From a virus: a DNA stretch of 64,000 bases. The notes below the pieces were generated by a model. It was not told the origin of the DNA. It ran no database searches and worked only from the letters and a program-made list of their open reading frames with translations. Shown in pieces: positions 14,108 to 23,461 of this stretch (the stretch's first letter is position 1; each line of letters begins with the position of its first letter). A program made the translations under genes and the position numbers. The stretch is from the IMG/VR virus record IMGVR_UViG_2925639251_000002. One strand, written 5' to 3'.

Positions 14108-15106
14108 CTAAATTCCCCGTGCACTAATTGATTTTAGAACCTCCTTTGCATCCTCTACAAAGAAAGGGTCATGAACTAAATTTAACTTACCTGGATTTTT
14201 ACTAAAGTATTTAGCCAATTCAACTAATGTTTGGTCGCGCATTTCTTTTGTAATCAATTTTTCTATATCGTAAAATTCAATCTCTCCATACCTTGCTTTA
14301 TAAAAACCCAGTCTATCTATGTCTAATAGGGGAGGCGCTCCTATTGCAGCGTGAACTTCTTGAGCGAGTTCATTTAATATAAAATAGCCGATCAACTGAA
14401 GGTTATCATTTTTATCCAAAGAGTTCTTTTTCGTTGTTTTAAAATCATACAACGTCCCATCAATCCAAATATCTGCGTCTGCACCGCCTACTAATGGTGA
14501 GCTAATGCCAAAAGAAGGGTTAAAAACAACTTCGCTGTTTTTTGTTAATATGCCACTGTTTATGAACTTATTTTCGAAAACCTCTAGCAGGCTTATTAGG
14601 TCATTGACTATTTCATCAGAAGAATCTATACAAGTATAAAAATCAACATTTGTCTCTCCAATTGTTCGAGATCTGTATAGCTGTTCTAGTTTGGCTAGCT
14701 TTAATGCTATTTGACATATATCTGGAGAAATTTTCGACTCACTTCTGATAAAGTCTAAAATGTCGTTTATTAAGGGTATATAGAAAGTATCCGTGAGCGA
14801 ATAGTTCTTAGTTTTGTTACTTAATTTCCTCAGTCCCTTATAGGCAATTAAATGATCTCTTGCCTCCTCTTTATTCGTGAATTGTCCAATTCTAAACCTT
14901 GCTAAGTAATCAAAAGCAACACCCACTAAACTTGAATCGTATTGATTTTCAAGTGCATAGGGAACATATGTTGAATATTCTTTTGAAAAAGGAAGATTAC
15001 CACTCAGGGTATAGTAATCTTCTTTTAATGGCTCTATAGAAGCAAGGATATTTTTAAATTCCTTGTCTTTTTGTTTTTTGCTTGTTAGTTTGCTAATCAA
15101 TGACAT
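14108..15106 (-). CDS. Uncharacterised protein with PD-(D/E)xK nuclease-like motif
   Basis: GADADIWIDGTLYDFKTT...QLIGY resembles RecB/Cas4-like motifs. Confidence 0.6.
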   Translation of the reverse strand: MSLISKLTSKKQKDKEFKNILASIEPLKEDYYTLSGNLPFSKEYSTYVPYALENQYDSSLVGVAFDYLARFRIGQFTNKEEARDHLIAYKGLRKLSNKTKNYSLTDTFYIPLINDILDFIRSESKISPDICQIALKLAKLEQLYRSRTIGETNVDFYTCIDSSDEIVNDLISLLEVFENKFINSGILTKNSEVVFNPSFGISSPLVGGADADIWIDGTLYDFKTTKKNSLDKNDNLQLIGYFILNELAQEVHAAIGAPPLLDIDRLGFYKARYGEIEFYDIEKLITKEMRDQTLVELAKYFSKNPGKLNLVHDPFFVEDAKEVLKSISARGI

Positions 15107-15196
15107 TACTTCATCTCCTCAATTAACTTATCCATTTGTTAATAAGTGTATCACGTTTAAATTGTCATAGTATCGATTCATTACCAACATTTACAT

Positions 15197-15240
15197 CGAA
15201 CTTTTGTTCTCTTTTATATTGAATAAAGAACGTTTGTTCT
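15197..15240. promoter_or_regulatory. Two LexA (SOS/Cheo) boxes
   Basis: CGAAC-TTTT-GTTCT (15197-15210) and AGAAC-GTTT-GTTCT (15227-15240) upstream of yolD-uvrX. Confidence 0.85.
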
Positions 15241-15273
15241 GTTAATATTAGATCAATAAAGGAGTGAGTCGAT

Positions 15274-15606
15274 ATGCTTAGGGATCGAGGAACAATCAAA
15301 TGGACATCAATGATGCTTCCAGAACATTTAACACAACTTAAACAAGATTTGATTGATGTGTCAAAAATTGAAAAACCATCCTTAGATGACCAACAAATTG
15401 AAGAGATGGATCTTCTCGTCTCCGAGGCACTTGAATTTAATAAAGAGTTGAGATTTAAACTCTTTAACAATGGATTCGTTGAAAATGTCACCGGCAGAGT
15501 CCATTACATTAATTTTGAACAACACAGGCTTCATGTAAAAGACCAGAATGACAATACAGTTTATATCAACATGAATGACATCATAGGAGTTACATACAAT
15601 GATTGA
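15274..15606 (+). CDS. yolD: YolD-like protein
   Basis: DRGTIKWTSMMLPEH motif; overlaps uvrX start. Confidence 0.92.
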   Translation: MLRDRGTIKWTSMMLPEHLTQLKQDLIDVSKIEKPSLDDQQIEEMDLLVSEALEFNKELRFKLFNNGFVENVTGRVHYINFEQHRLHVKDQNDNTVYINMNDIIGVTYND

Positions 15607-16849
15607 TTACTCACAATTTCCACGAAAGAATATACTTTGTGTCGATATGAAATCCTTTTATGCTTCTGTATCGGCTGTAACAAGGGGGCTTAATCCTTTA
15701 ACATGTTATCTTGCCGTTGTAGGGAATACGGAGAGACAGGGAAGTGTAGTATTAGCTGCATCTCCTGCACTTAAAAAAGATTTTGGAATCAAAACAGGGT
15801 CGAGATTGTTCGAGATACTTGAAGATCCAAGAATACACATTGTAAATCCGCAAATGAAGCTTTTCATCAGAGTTTCAACTGAGATTACAAAGCTGTTTTA
15901 CAGATTTGTGCCAGAAAAATGTGTTCATACGTATTCAATTGATGAATCTTTTTTAGATGCAGGAAAAGAAGATCCTGAAGAAATGGCCAAAGCAATTCAA
16001 AGCAGTATGTGGAGAGAGTTCGGTTTGATGTGTACTGTAGGCATTGGAGACAATATGTTGCTAAGTAAGCTTGCGCTTGACCTGGAAAGTAAGAAAACGA
16101 AGAGTGGTATTGCACGTTGGAGATATGAAGATGTGCCAAATAAACTCTGGAATGTTCATCCGTTGTCAAAAATGTGGGGGATAGGAGGGAGGATGGAAAG
16201 AAATCTGAATCGGATGGGAATATCAACAGTAGGTCAGTTAGCCAAATTTCCATTAGAGCTACTTGAGAAGAAATTTGGAATAATGGGGAACCAGTTGTAT
16301 TATCATGCCCATGGAATCGATTTATCTGAAATAGGTGCTCCATTGATGCAGGGGCAGATTAGTTTCGGTAAGAGTCAGATTTTACTGAGGGATTACACAA
16401 GGAGAGAAGAGATTAAGGCTGTTCTTCTGGAGATTTGTGAAGAAGTCGCAAGAAGGGCTCGTACACACAACAAAGTTGGTCGAACAATTAGCCTGGGAAT
16501 TGGTTACAGTAAAGATGAGCTTGGTGGCGGATTTCATCGATCTAAAACAATTGAGCTTCCCACAAATATCACGATGGATATTTATAAATGCTGCTTGATA
16601 CTCTTTAATAAGTTTTACTCAGGTAAGACTGTGAGAAGTATCTCAGTTACGTTATCAAATATTGAGGATGATGTGAATCAGCAGCTGAGTTTATTTGAAG
16701 TAGATAATGAAAAGAGAAGGAAACTTGGGTTTGTAATGGATGGGATTAGAAGTAAATACGGATCGAAAGCGATTCTGAGAGCAGTTTCTTATACATCTGC
16801 AGGGACAGCGCTTCATAGAGCTGGACTTACTGGTGGACATAAATCATAA
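15599..16849 (+). CDS. uvrX: Y-family DNA polymerase (UV damage repair)
   Basis: CVDMKSFYASV and YSIDESF motifs; 416 aa. Confidence 0.95.
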   Translation: MIDYSQFPRKNILCVDMKSFYASVSAVTRGLNPLTCYLAVVGNTERQGSVVLAASPALKKDFGIKTGSRLFEILEDPRIHIVNPQMKLFIRVSTEITKLFYRFVPEKCVHTYSIDESFLDAGKEDPEEMAKAIQSSMWREFGLMCTVGIGDNMLLSKLALDLESKKTKSGIARWRYEDVPNKLWNVHPLSKMWGIGGRMERNLNRMGISTVGQLAKFPLELLEKKFGIMGNQLYYHAHGIDLSEIGAPLMQGQISFGKSQILLRDYTRREEIKAVLLEICEEVARRARTHNKVGRTISLGIGYSKDELGGGFHRSKTIELPTNITMDIYKCCLILFNKFYSGKTVRSISVTLSNIEDDVNQQLSLFEVDNEKRRKLGFVMDGIRSKYGSKAILRAVSYTSAGTALHRAGLTGGHKS

Positions 16850-16886
16850 AAATAACCCCCTCAATTTGGAGGGGGATAAGAAAAAC
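16849..16886. terminator. Bidirectional terminator between uvrX and phr
   Basis: CCCCCTC-AATTTG-GAGGGGG hairpin with A-runs, between convergent genes. Confidence 0.75.
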
Positions 16887-16889
16887 ATA

Positions 16890-17066
16890 TTAAGAAGTAT
16901 GTCCTCTGCTTGCAATTTCATACGAATGACCATCAGTAAAACCAATACTGGCTGTATGTCCTCTGCGTGCTTCTTGGACATCTTTTTGAGTGTTAGTTAA
17001 ATAAATGCTTATAAATCCAATTAAAACAATGGCTAAAATAAAGACAGATGCATGCTTAAGTTTCAT
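16890..17066 (-). CDS. phr: Phr signalling pro-peptide (58 aa)
   Basis: Signal peptide followed by RRGHTA and SRGHTS; overlaps the rap stop. Confidence 0.88.
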   Translation of the reverse strand: MKLKHASVFILAIVLIGFISIYLTNTQKDVQEARRGHTASIGFTDGHSYEIASRGHTS

Positions 17067-18195
17067 AAAGACAATCCCCTCTCTGAATTTGTTTACGGGC
17101 ATAAAGCACTTTTTCATAATAAGCAACAGCCACTTTATGGTCTTCTTTTTCATTGTAATACTTCGCTGCATCTGATGCTAAATCCTCCACGTCTGAAAGC
17201 ATTGACTTTAATTCTAAATAATTTAGAATTGAATTTAATTTTTCATTGTCATTATCTACATATAAGGCATGAATGAATTCAAACATTTTTGCCATAATCT
17301 CATCGTTTAAATTTTTGGACAAAGACAGACCGTGTGCACACCAAGAAATTCCCTCGGAGTGATTTCTCATTTTAAAAGTGGTTTTTGTCAACATAAGTAA
17401 GATATCTAATATGCGATTTGAATGTTCATACCCATTATCCTGATATACTCTAATGCCCTCCTTGAAGTACTCAGATGCCTTTTCATAAGCTTCCTCAGCA
17501 AAGGAACATAAGCCGAGATTGTAAAGAGATGATCCGATTAATCGTGACATATCGATTTCTCTTGCTTTATCTAGAGCATCTTTAAAATGAGGGATCGCTT
17601 TTTCAGGGTAGTCCATATCCAAATAGTTCAGTCCGATAACAAATGAGCATTGAATAACTCTTACAGTGTAGTTTTCATGTGCTTTATAACTATCGATTGC
17701 TTGAACAATGTGGTGCATCGACATATGTGTTTGCTTCATATGATAATAAATTTCTGCAACTTTATAGTGGAATTCAGCTCTTTCAATTTCATCTGCAACA
17801 AGTGATAATTTTCTCTCGGCTTGCTTATAGAAGCTTATGGCATTAAGATATTCGTATTGTTCAAATTCATACATTCCCCGGAAAAAGTTAAAATAATATT
17901 CAAGAATCCCTTTCAAATCAGTTTGACTACTTTCGATCTTTTCTAATAAGTCTGAAATTTTAGGTCGTTCTTCGTTCAATGTTTTTGGTTCAAGGTAGTC
18001 CAGCATCAGCTGATGGCGAAAACACATGAGAGAATAGTACAGCAATAAATCTTGATCTTCTTTCATATGCCTTATTTCTTCCTCGACCTCAGCTTTCAAT
18101 ATTTCCGAATCTGGGACACTAAATAATCTTATGTATTTATACCACTCATTTATTTTCACTCCAACTTTAGAAGAAGAGATCATCTGCTCCAACAC
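17056..18195 (-). CDS. rap: Rap-family TPR regulator/phosphatase
   Basis: ISSSKVGVKINEWY, DQDLLLYYSLMCFRH, EIERAEFHYKVAE motifs. Confidence 0.95.
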   Translation of the reverse strand: MLEQMISSSKVGVKINEWYKYIRLFSVPDSEILKAEVEEEIRHMKEDQDLLLYYSLMCFRHQLMLDYLEPKTLNEERPKISDLLEKIESSQTDLKGILEYYFNFFRGMYEFEQYEYLNAISFYKQAERKLSLVADEIERAEFHYKVAEIYYHMKQTHMSMHHIVQAIDSYKAHENYTVRVIQCSFVIGLNYLDMDYPEKAIPHFKDALDKAREIDMSRLIGSSLYNLGLCSFAEEAYEKASEYFKEGIRVYQDNGYEHSNRILDILLMLTKTTFKMRNHSEGISWCAHGLSLSKNLNDEIMAKMFEFIHALYVDNDNEKLNSILNYLELKSMLSDVEDLASDAAKYYNEKEDHKVAVAYYEKVLYARKQIQRGDCLYET

Positions 18196-18319
18196 AAGCC
18201 CTCCTATATTAAATATCTAAATATGTAATATTTTATCATATTTAAATGAATAAGGAAGATTAATGTTATCTTAAATAACGAAAAAAATACCCTCCTCGAT
18301 TAAGAGAAGGGTAGGGGTT

Positions 18320-18571
18320 TTATCTCGGTGAATCATAATCCATTGCTTGTTCACTATCAGAAATACCTTGAGTTGTTGGGTCAACAATGATACCCATTGC
18401 AGTTAAAAAAGTCAGTAGAGCATTAAATTTCTCTGTTAAATCGTCACCAAATACAGTCAAGTCATATCCAAAAGCAGAGGCAATTGCTTGTACGAATAAC
18501 AGCGTTGCAGAGAAAATTGCGACAAGAAATGTTTTCTTTTTCAGTCTTACTTTCCAGTTGATTTTAGTCAT
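18320..18571 (-). CDS. Phage holin (phiLC3-type)
   Basis: INWKVRLK...GIIVDPTTQGISDS; two TM segments. Confidence 0.88.
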   Translation of the reverse strand: MTKINWKVRLKKKTFLVAIFSATLLFVQAIASAFGYDLTVFGDDLTEKFNALLTFLTAMGIIVDPTTQGISDSEQAMDYDSPR

Positions 18572-18591
18572 TAAATCGTCTCCTGTTAATT

Positions 18592-18984
18592 TTATTTGAG
18601 GCCAAAATGTATGAGTAACCATGCACCGATAATAGTGGCAATTACACTTGGTAGCACCTTGAATACAAGGTCTTTTGTAAATTGTGAGGGATCAATTTTA
18701 CGAGTAGAATCAGAGCGTTCCAATATTTCAACTCGATTATCTAGTTTTTCATATGATTTGCTTAGATTTTTTAAACTGTTGCTCATTTCGTTAAGAGTAC
18801 TGAACTGTTCTCTTGATTGTGCTTGAGAGTCTTTATTAATTTCAACTTGTTGCTCAACAAGTGTAGCTATACGACCGATAACATTTGTTCTTTCCTCAAG
18901 AGAGTCAATCTTGTTATTAGTGTGCTTAGCTTTTTCTTCTAGTGCACTTAATCTTGAAATGGTGCTTTGCTCAAAGTTATCCAT
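18592..18984 (-). CDS. Lysis-module coiled-coil membrane protein
   Basis: Coiled coil with C-terminal TM, between endolysin and holin. Confidence 0.7.
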   Translation of the reverse strand: MDNFEQSTISRLSALEEKAKHTNNKIDSLEERTNVIGRIATLVEQQVEINKDSQAQSREQFSTLNEMSNSLKNLSKSYEKLDNRVEILERSDSTRKIDPSQFTKDLVFKVLPSVIATIIGAWLLIHFGLK

Positions 18985-19100
18985 TTGTCACCAACCTTTA
19001 ATGATAATAGAAAGGTGACATTACATCACCTCCTAAAATAAAGAGGATATTCGCTAATTCGGAGAGGTCAGCAAATATCCTCCGAGATAATTGAATATAA

Positions 19101-20204
19101 TTAAATTTTTGAACCGAATTGTCCTGAGATGTATCCACGTTTACCGTTATAAATAACTTCCCAGTAACCTTTTGAATTGTTTTTACCTTTAACTGAACCA
19201 GAAATTGAAATAGTGCTTCCAAGCTTAACTGTGCCAATATTTTTAGAACTATTTCGATCAGGTTTGTCCATTACGATTGCAGCGCTTGATACACCAACAA
19301 TTTTGATTTTTCCAACTGATTTAATAGATGAGGAGCTTGAAGAAGTTGATGTTGTTTTTGGGGCAGAGGAAGAGGTTTTAACTGATCCTGTAACATCAAC
19401 ATATTTGTCAGAAGCAGTGATGTAATATGTAGCGCCTTTAGAGTTATTAACTTTGTATTGATAGGCAGATCCAACTTTAACTTTCTCAACAACTGTAGGA
19501 AATCCAATGCCTTTATTTACTGTACCGACAACATCTTTATCTTCCCAAGATGGTTTTGAATAGAAGCGAAGACCGTCAACTTTTGATTTTAGTGAACCAC
19601 TTGCTGCTGAGGAAGTGGAAGAGGAGGAGGTTGTTGGTTTAGTTGGAGAAGCTTTTGAAACAGATTTGCCTGACATTTTTGCCTTTACTCGATTTTTAAA
19701 GTCTACAAATTTTTGGCTGTTAGATACCCATGGTGCAGGGCAATTCTTATGGGTGATGTCATAATGACGAACAATATCATCAATAGGATCTAAACCAAAC
19801 TTATTACATAATTCAACGAACACATCCTCAGTTCTTTCAACTGTATCTGAATGGAATGAACCGTCTTTTTCAAGGCACATTTCAACTCCAATAGAAAGAA
19901 AGTTAGCATTAGGTTTCAGCGCAGCAACTCCTCGATAAGGATTTCCGGCACTATCTCTTTGCTGAATATCATTAGCATGGTAAGCTACTTCATTTAACGG
20001 AATGATACAAATTGCTTCAGTTTTATCAACGAAAATGTGAGCTGACGCATAAACTTGCGCATTGCTAAAATATCTTCGGTGATTGTCTGCCCCGGCACCC
20101 GGATTGGCTGTGTAATGAACAACTAGCTTCTTAACACCATTTAACTTTAAACCAGGGCGAGTATATTTGTTTACTGGAATATAATTGTTTGTATAAGCTG
20201 ACAA
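19101..20204 (-). CDS. blyA: Endolysin, N-acetylmuramoyl-L-alanine amidase
   Basis: Amidase_2 motifs (VHYTAN, SIGVEMC, RHYDITHKNCP) with SH3-like C-terminal domains; 367 aa. Confidence 0.93.
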   Translation of the reverse strand: MSAYTNNYIPVNKYTRPGLKLNGVKKLVVHYTANPGAGADNHRRYFSNAQVYASAHIFVDKTEAICIIPLNEVAYHANDIQQRDSAGNPYRGVAALKPNANFLSIGVEMCLEKDGSFHSDTVERTEDVFVELCNKFGLDPIDDIVRHYDITHKNCPAPWVSNSQKFVDFKNRVKAKMSGKSVSKASPTKPTTSSSSTSSAASGSLKSKVDGLRFYSKPSWEDKDVVGTVNKGIGFPTVVEKVKVGSAYQYKVNNSKGATYYITASDKYVDVTGSVKTSSSAPKTTSTSSSSSSIKSVGKIKIVGVSSAAIVMDKPDRNSSKNIGTVKLGSTISISGSVKGKNNSKGYWEVIYNGKRGYISGQFGSKI

Positions 20205-20381
20205 AAAACATCTCTCCTAATAATTAAATTTGAGCACAAAAAAGAGAGAAGGTGACTAAACCCAATCTCTCTTTATCTCACGTATGCTCTTGTTATCTCT
20301 GTCTTTCAAGTATGTATTTTAAATAAAATCTATATTTTATCTAGAACATAACCACCTCCTAAAAGAAATACATAAAATTTA

Positions 20382-22616
20382 TTATGCTTTCTTAAGAGCG
20401 GCTATTTCTTTTGCTTGCTCTTCAACTTTTGCTGAAAGCTCTTGTACAGCCTTGATTAGAGGAGCAATAAATTCTGTATAACCAATAGACATTACATCTT
20501 CGCCACCAGAAAGTTCATGGTGTTGGAAACCACCAAAATCGATACCTTCAGCTTCAATTACCTTTTGAATTTCTTGGGCGATAACACCGTGATGATATCT
20601 ATTTTTCTTTTTAGAACCGTCTCGCTCATGGGTGATTACTGTACCATCTTCTTTAATTTCAACATACTCATCACGTATGTCCCATTTATAATCAACAGGT
20701 CTGACTTTATTTATGAAATCTAGACCTAGAACTGTGTCTCGAATATCAGCTTTATCACGGAGGTCAGATCTATTTTGCAGTGCATTAAATGAGTATGGAG
20801 TAGAATTTCCATCACCAAGTTGAATCTGATTGCTTCCAGAAACCCTTGAATTGAAACCAACGCCGGTAGAGTTGCTTATATCTTTCATTTCATCTCCACC
20901 AGTTGTAAATCTTAATGCACCATATCCTAATGCAGTGTTTTGATTTCCTGTAGTGTTATTTTTAAGAGCCATGTAGCCAAGTGCAGTGTTATAATCGCCT
21001 TTGTTGTTTTCGAGTGAAAGACCACCGATAGCAGTGTTAAAACTACCTTTTTTCATTTTCCATGCAGCCTTTACACCAATAGCTGTATTATCATAATTAA
21101 CTGCCATTGGTGTAGTGTCGGAGTACTCTGTGATTTTTACTGCGCCTGATTCATCTCCGATAATATCTGTAGAGACAGTGAAACCAGAGGATGTCGAATT
21201 AGCGACAGTAAAGTAAATAGCTTCCCGTCCACCTACTGACATTAAAACTTTATATCCATTTTGGAAAGGATGATTCCCCATGGAGACTTGAATATTATTG
21301 TCTTTCCATACGTAAGTTCCAGTAGTCGTGTAATACTCTGACACTTGAGCCATACCAGAGATTTCATTCTGGGCGATCTGTGTAGTGCTTACTGTGAAGG
21401 TATCCACAGTGATGCTCTTAACCGTAGTAGAAAACTTCTCTCCACCATCTAATGCTAAAGACAAGTTCTGGCCAACAATAAAGGTGTGACCAATATGAGT
21501 AAGGGTGATGTCTTGACCTATCCAAGTGTATCCTGCTTGAATACTAGGGAAGAATCTTTGCTTTCCTTCGAATGAGACATCAGAATCGAGTTGACTCATA
21601 GCATAGTAACCCATTGCAACGTTCCGCTGACTATTTTTAATTTCCCGTCCAGCGTTTACTCCCACTCCCACATTGCCAATTCCATTTGACCAATAAAGGG
21701 AGTTAGTTCCGACTGCAACTTGGTATCCGGCAGTTTGAGGGGAATTATTTATAATTGTTTTACTGTCCAGGTTTAATGGGGCATACCCAGACATAGCAGC
21801 AGCACCTAAAGCAGTGTTCCAAAGACTCTTTTCATTTGTCTGTAAAGCGTTTCTACCCATAGCGACGTTAGAATACCCGTCTTTGTTAAAGCGCATAGAA
21901 TTATCGCCCACAGATGTATTCCGAGTCCCTTTGAAAGCATCTCCTTGTACACCGGTAACATAATATTGACTTTGTAAACCAATGGCCAAGTTATAAACGC
22001 CATATTTATTATTAAATAGTGCTCCGGCTCCTATTGCTGTAGTGTTTTTAGTGTATTCACTTGCATTTGAAAGTGCATTTTCACCGATAGCAATAATATT
22101 ATGACCTGCAATACCTTTATATTGATCTCCTGGTCGGAAGTTTTTAGCAGCATTGTTCCCGATGATGATATTTGAATTTCCTGTTTGAAACGATGATACA
22201 TATCCAGAGAAATATTTATTTCCGTCAATGATAAAGTAACCGTTCAAGTATTTATTTTTATTCGGAAAGCTATTAACGACATATGTTTTACCTGCCAAAT
22301 CAAACACATTATCTTGGTAAGTCGATTCTATGGAAGAAAACACACTAGAGTCATCAGTTGTTCCATCGCCTTTGGCTCCTAACCAGGAAATATTGATTCC
22401 TCTATAATTAAATTCACTAATAATCTTTTCAGACAGTGTGTTTCCTGTGGCTTTAATAGCGTCTATATCGCCAATTTTATTAAATTTCTGACTGATGTCA
22501 TCTGCAGTAAACCTATTATTCTCTGATTTTAAAGCTACAGCGTCAATAGGTACCCATTGTTTGGTTTCTTCATCATAATAGCCCATTGTATTTACTGGAA
22601 TTAGATTGTCACTCAA
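20382..22616 (-). CDS. Tail spike/receptor-binding protein with C-terminal intramolecular chaperone (peptidase S74)
   Basis: GAKGDGTTDD; many NxAxG beta-helix repeats; SDLRDKADI...PVDYKW. Confidence 0.85.
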   Translation of the reverse strand: MSDNLIPVNTMGYYDEETKQWVPIDAVALKSENNRFTADDISQKFNKIGDIDAIKATGNTLSEKIISEFNYRGINISWLGAKGDGTTDDSSVFSSIESTYQDNVFDLAGKTYVVNSFPNKNKYLNGYFIIDGNKYFSGYVSSFQTGNSNIIIGNNAAKNFRPGDQYKGIAGHNIIAIGENALSNASEYTKNTTAIGAGALFNNKYGVYNLAIGLQSQYYVTGVQGDAFKGTRNTSVGDNSMRFNKDGYSNVAMGRNALQTNEKSLWNTALGAAAMSGYAPLNLDSKTIINNSPQTAGYQVAVGTNSLYWSNGIGNVGVGVNAGREIKNSQRNVAMGYYAMSQLDSDVSFEGKQRFFPSIQAGYTWIGQDITLTHIGHTFIVGQNLSLALDGGEKFSTTVKSITVDTFTVSTTQIAQNEISGMAQVSEYYTTTGTYVWKDNNIQVSMGNHPFQNGYKVLMSVGGREAIYFTVANSTSSGFTVSTDIIGDESGAVKITEYSDTTPMAVNYDNTAIGVKAAWKMKKGSFNTAIGGLSLENNKGDYNTALGYMALKNNTTGNQNTALGYGALRFTTGGDEMKDISNSTGVGFNSRVSGSNQIQLGDGNSTPYSFNALQNRSDLRDKADIRDTVLGLDFINKVRPVDYKWDIRDEYVEIKEDGTVITHERDGSKKKNRYHHGVIAQEIQKVIEAEGIDFGGFQHHELSGGEDVMSIGYTEFIAPLIKAVQELSAKVEEQAKEIAALKKA

Positions 22617-22628
22617 TAATGTTCCTCC

Positions 22629-23456
22629 TTATCCTTTCCTTATCCAAACCATGCTACCGTCAGGTGCATCTTTAGAAGGTTTTACTCTTTTTTTGCTAGG
22701 CGGGCTATTTGTCCTCAGCCACACTGTTCGAATATTGTAAGGTTCAATATAACTTGAAACAACGTTATAACCATCGAATTGGTCTGAAATGCTAATATTA
22801 ATCCAGTCAAAACCATCCCAGCGATATTCAATACCTGTATCTCGAACAGTAACAACCCACCCAATTTGAGGATTTGGGTAAGTATCCATTAAATCTTGAT
22901 ATGTATAAACCATCGGCAAATATATTTTTCTAGTGTTCTCAACTACATACTCGTAATCAGAAGTTGCTTGTCTACACCAGTTTGTTATTTCGATGCATCG
23001 TTTTGTTACTCGTTCACATTCAGCAATTCGCTCATTCATCCGAATTATTGTGTCTTCAGCATCATCGATAAGTCCTTGTAGAGTCTCAATAACCATATTG
23101 CCTTGGCGTTTAATCCAAATTCGAGAGGCAGGGAAGAAGGAAGCTCCTTCACCACTATAATTAAAGGTTAGCGATTTCCCTTCATTTGAAGCATTAAAAA
23201 AGACAACTCCCATAAGGTAGTCAACCTTAAAATAATTGTCTTCTAGTTCACCATCTTCAATTTCTCGCCATTCCTTCTTATCTCCAATAACTTCTACACG
23301 AAACTCTCTGTTAGGAATCTCAGTTAGGAGTGCTCTTCCGTTGTATACAGTTAATGTCTCGCTATAAGTTAGATACGGGTCTTCAACAGAACCTATTCTC
23401 TTTTTACTTAAAATTGGGTCATTATATAATTCAGCAAAATCAGCCAGTTTAATCAC
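22629..23456 (-). CDS. yomF: Baseplate-region protein
   Basis: Size and synteny; true start uncertain (possibly CTG at 23447). Confidence 0.7.
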   Translation of the reverse strand: MIKLADFAELYNDPILSKKRIGSVEDPYLTYSETLTVYNGRALLTEIPNREFRVEVIGDKKEWREIEDGELEDNYFKVDYLMGVVFFNASNEGKSLTFNYSGEGASFFPASRIWIKRQGNMVIETLQGLIDDAEDTIIRMNERIAECERVTKRCIEITNWCRQATSDYEYVVENTRKIYLPMVYTYQDLMDTYPNPQIGWVVTVRDTGIEYRWDGFDWINISISDQFDGYNVVSSYIEPYNIRTVWLRTNSPPSKKRVKPSKDAPDGSMVWIRKG

Positions 23457-23461
23457 CTCCG

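Noticed and set aside
18320-18984. Naming these genes bhlA/bhlB
   Set aside because: Sequences do not match the SPbeta holins as recalled; left unnamed
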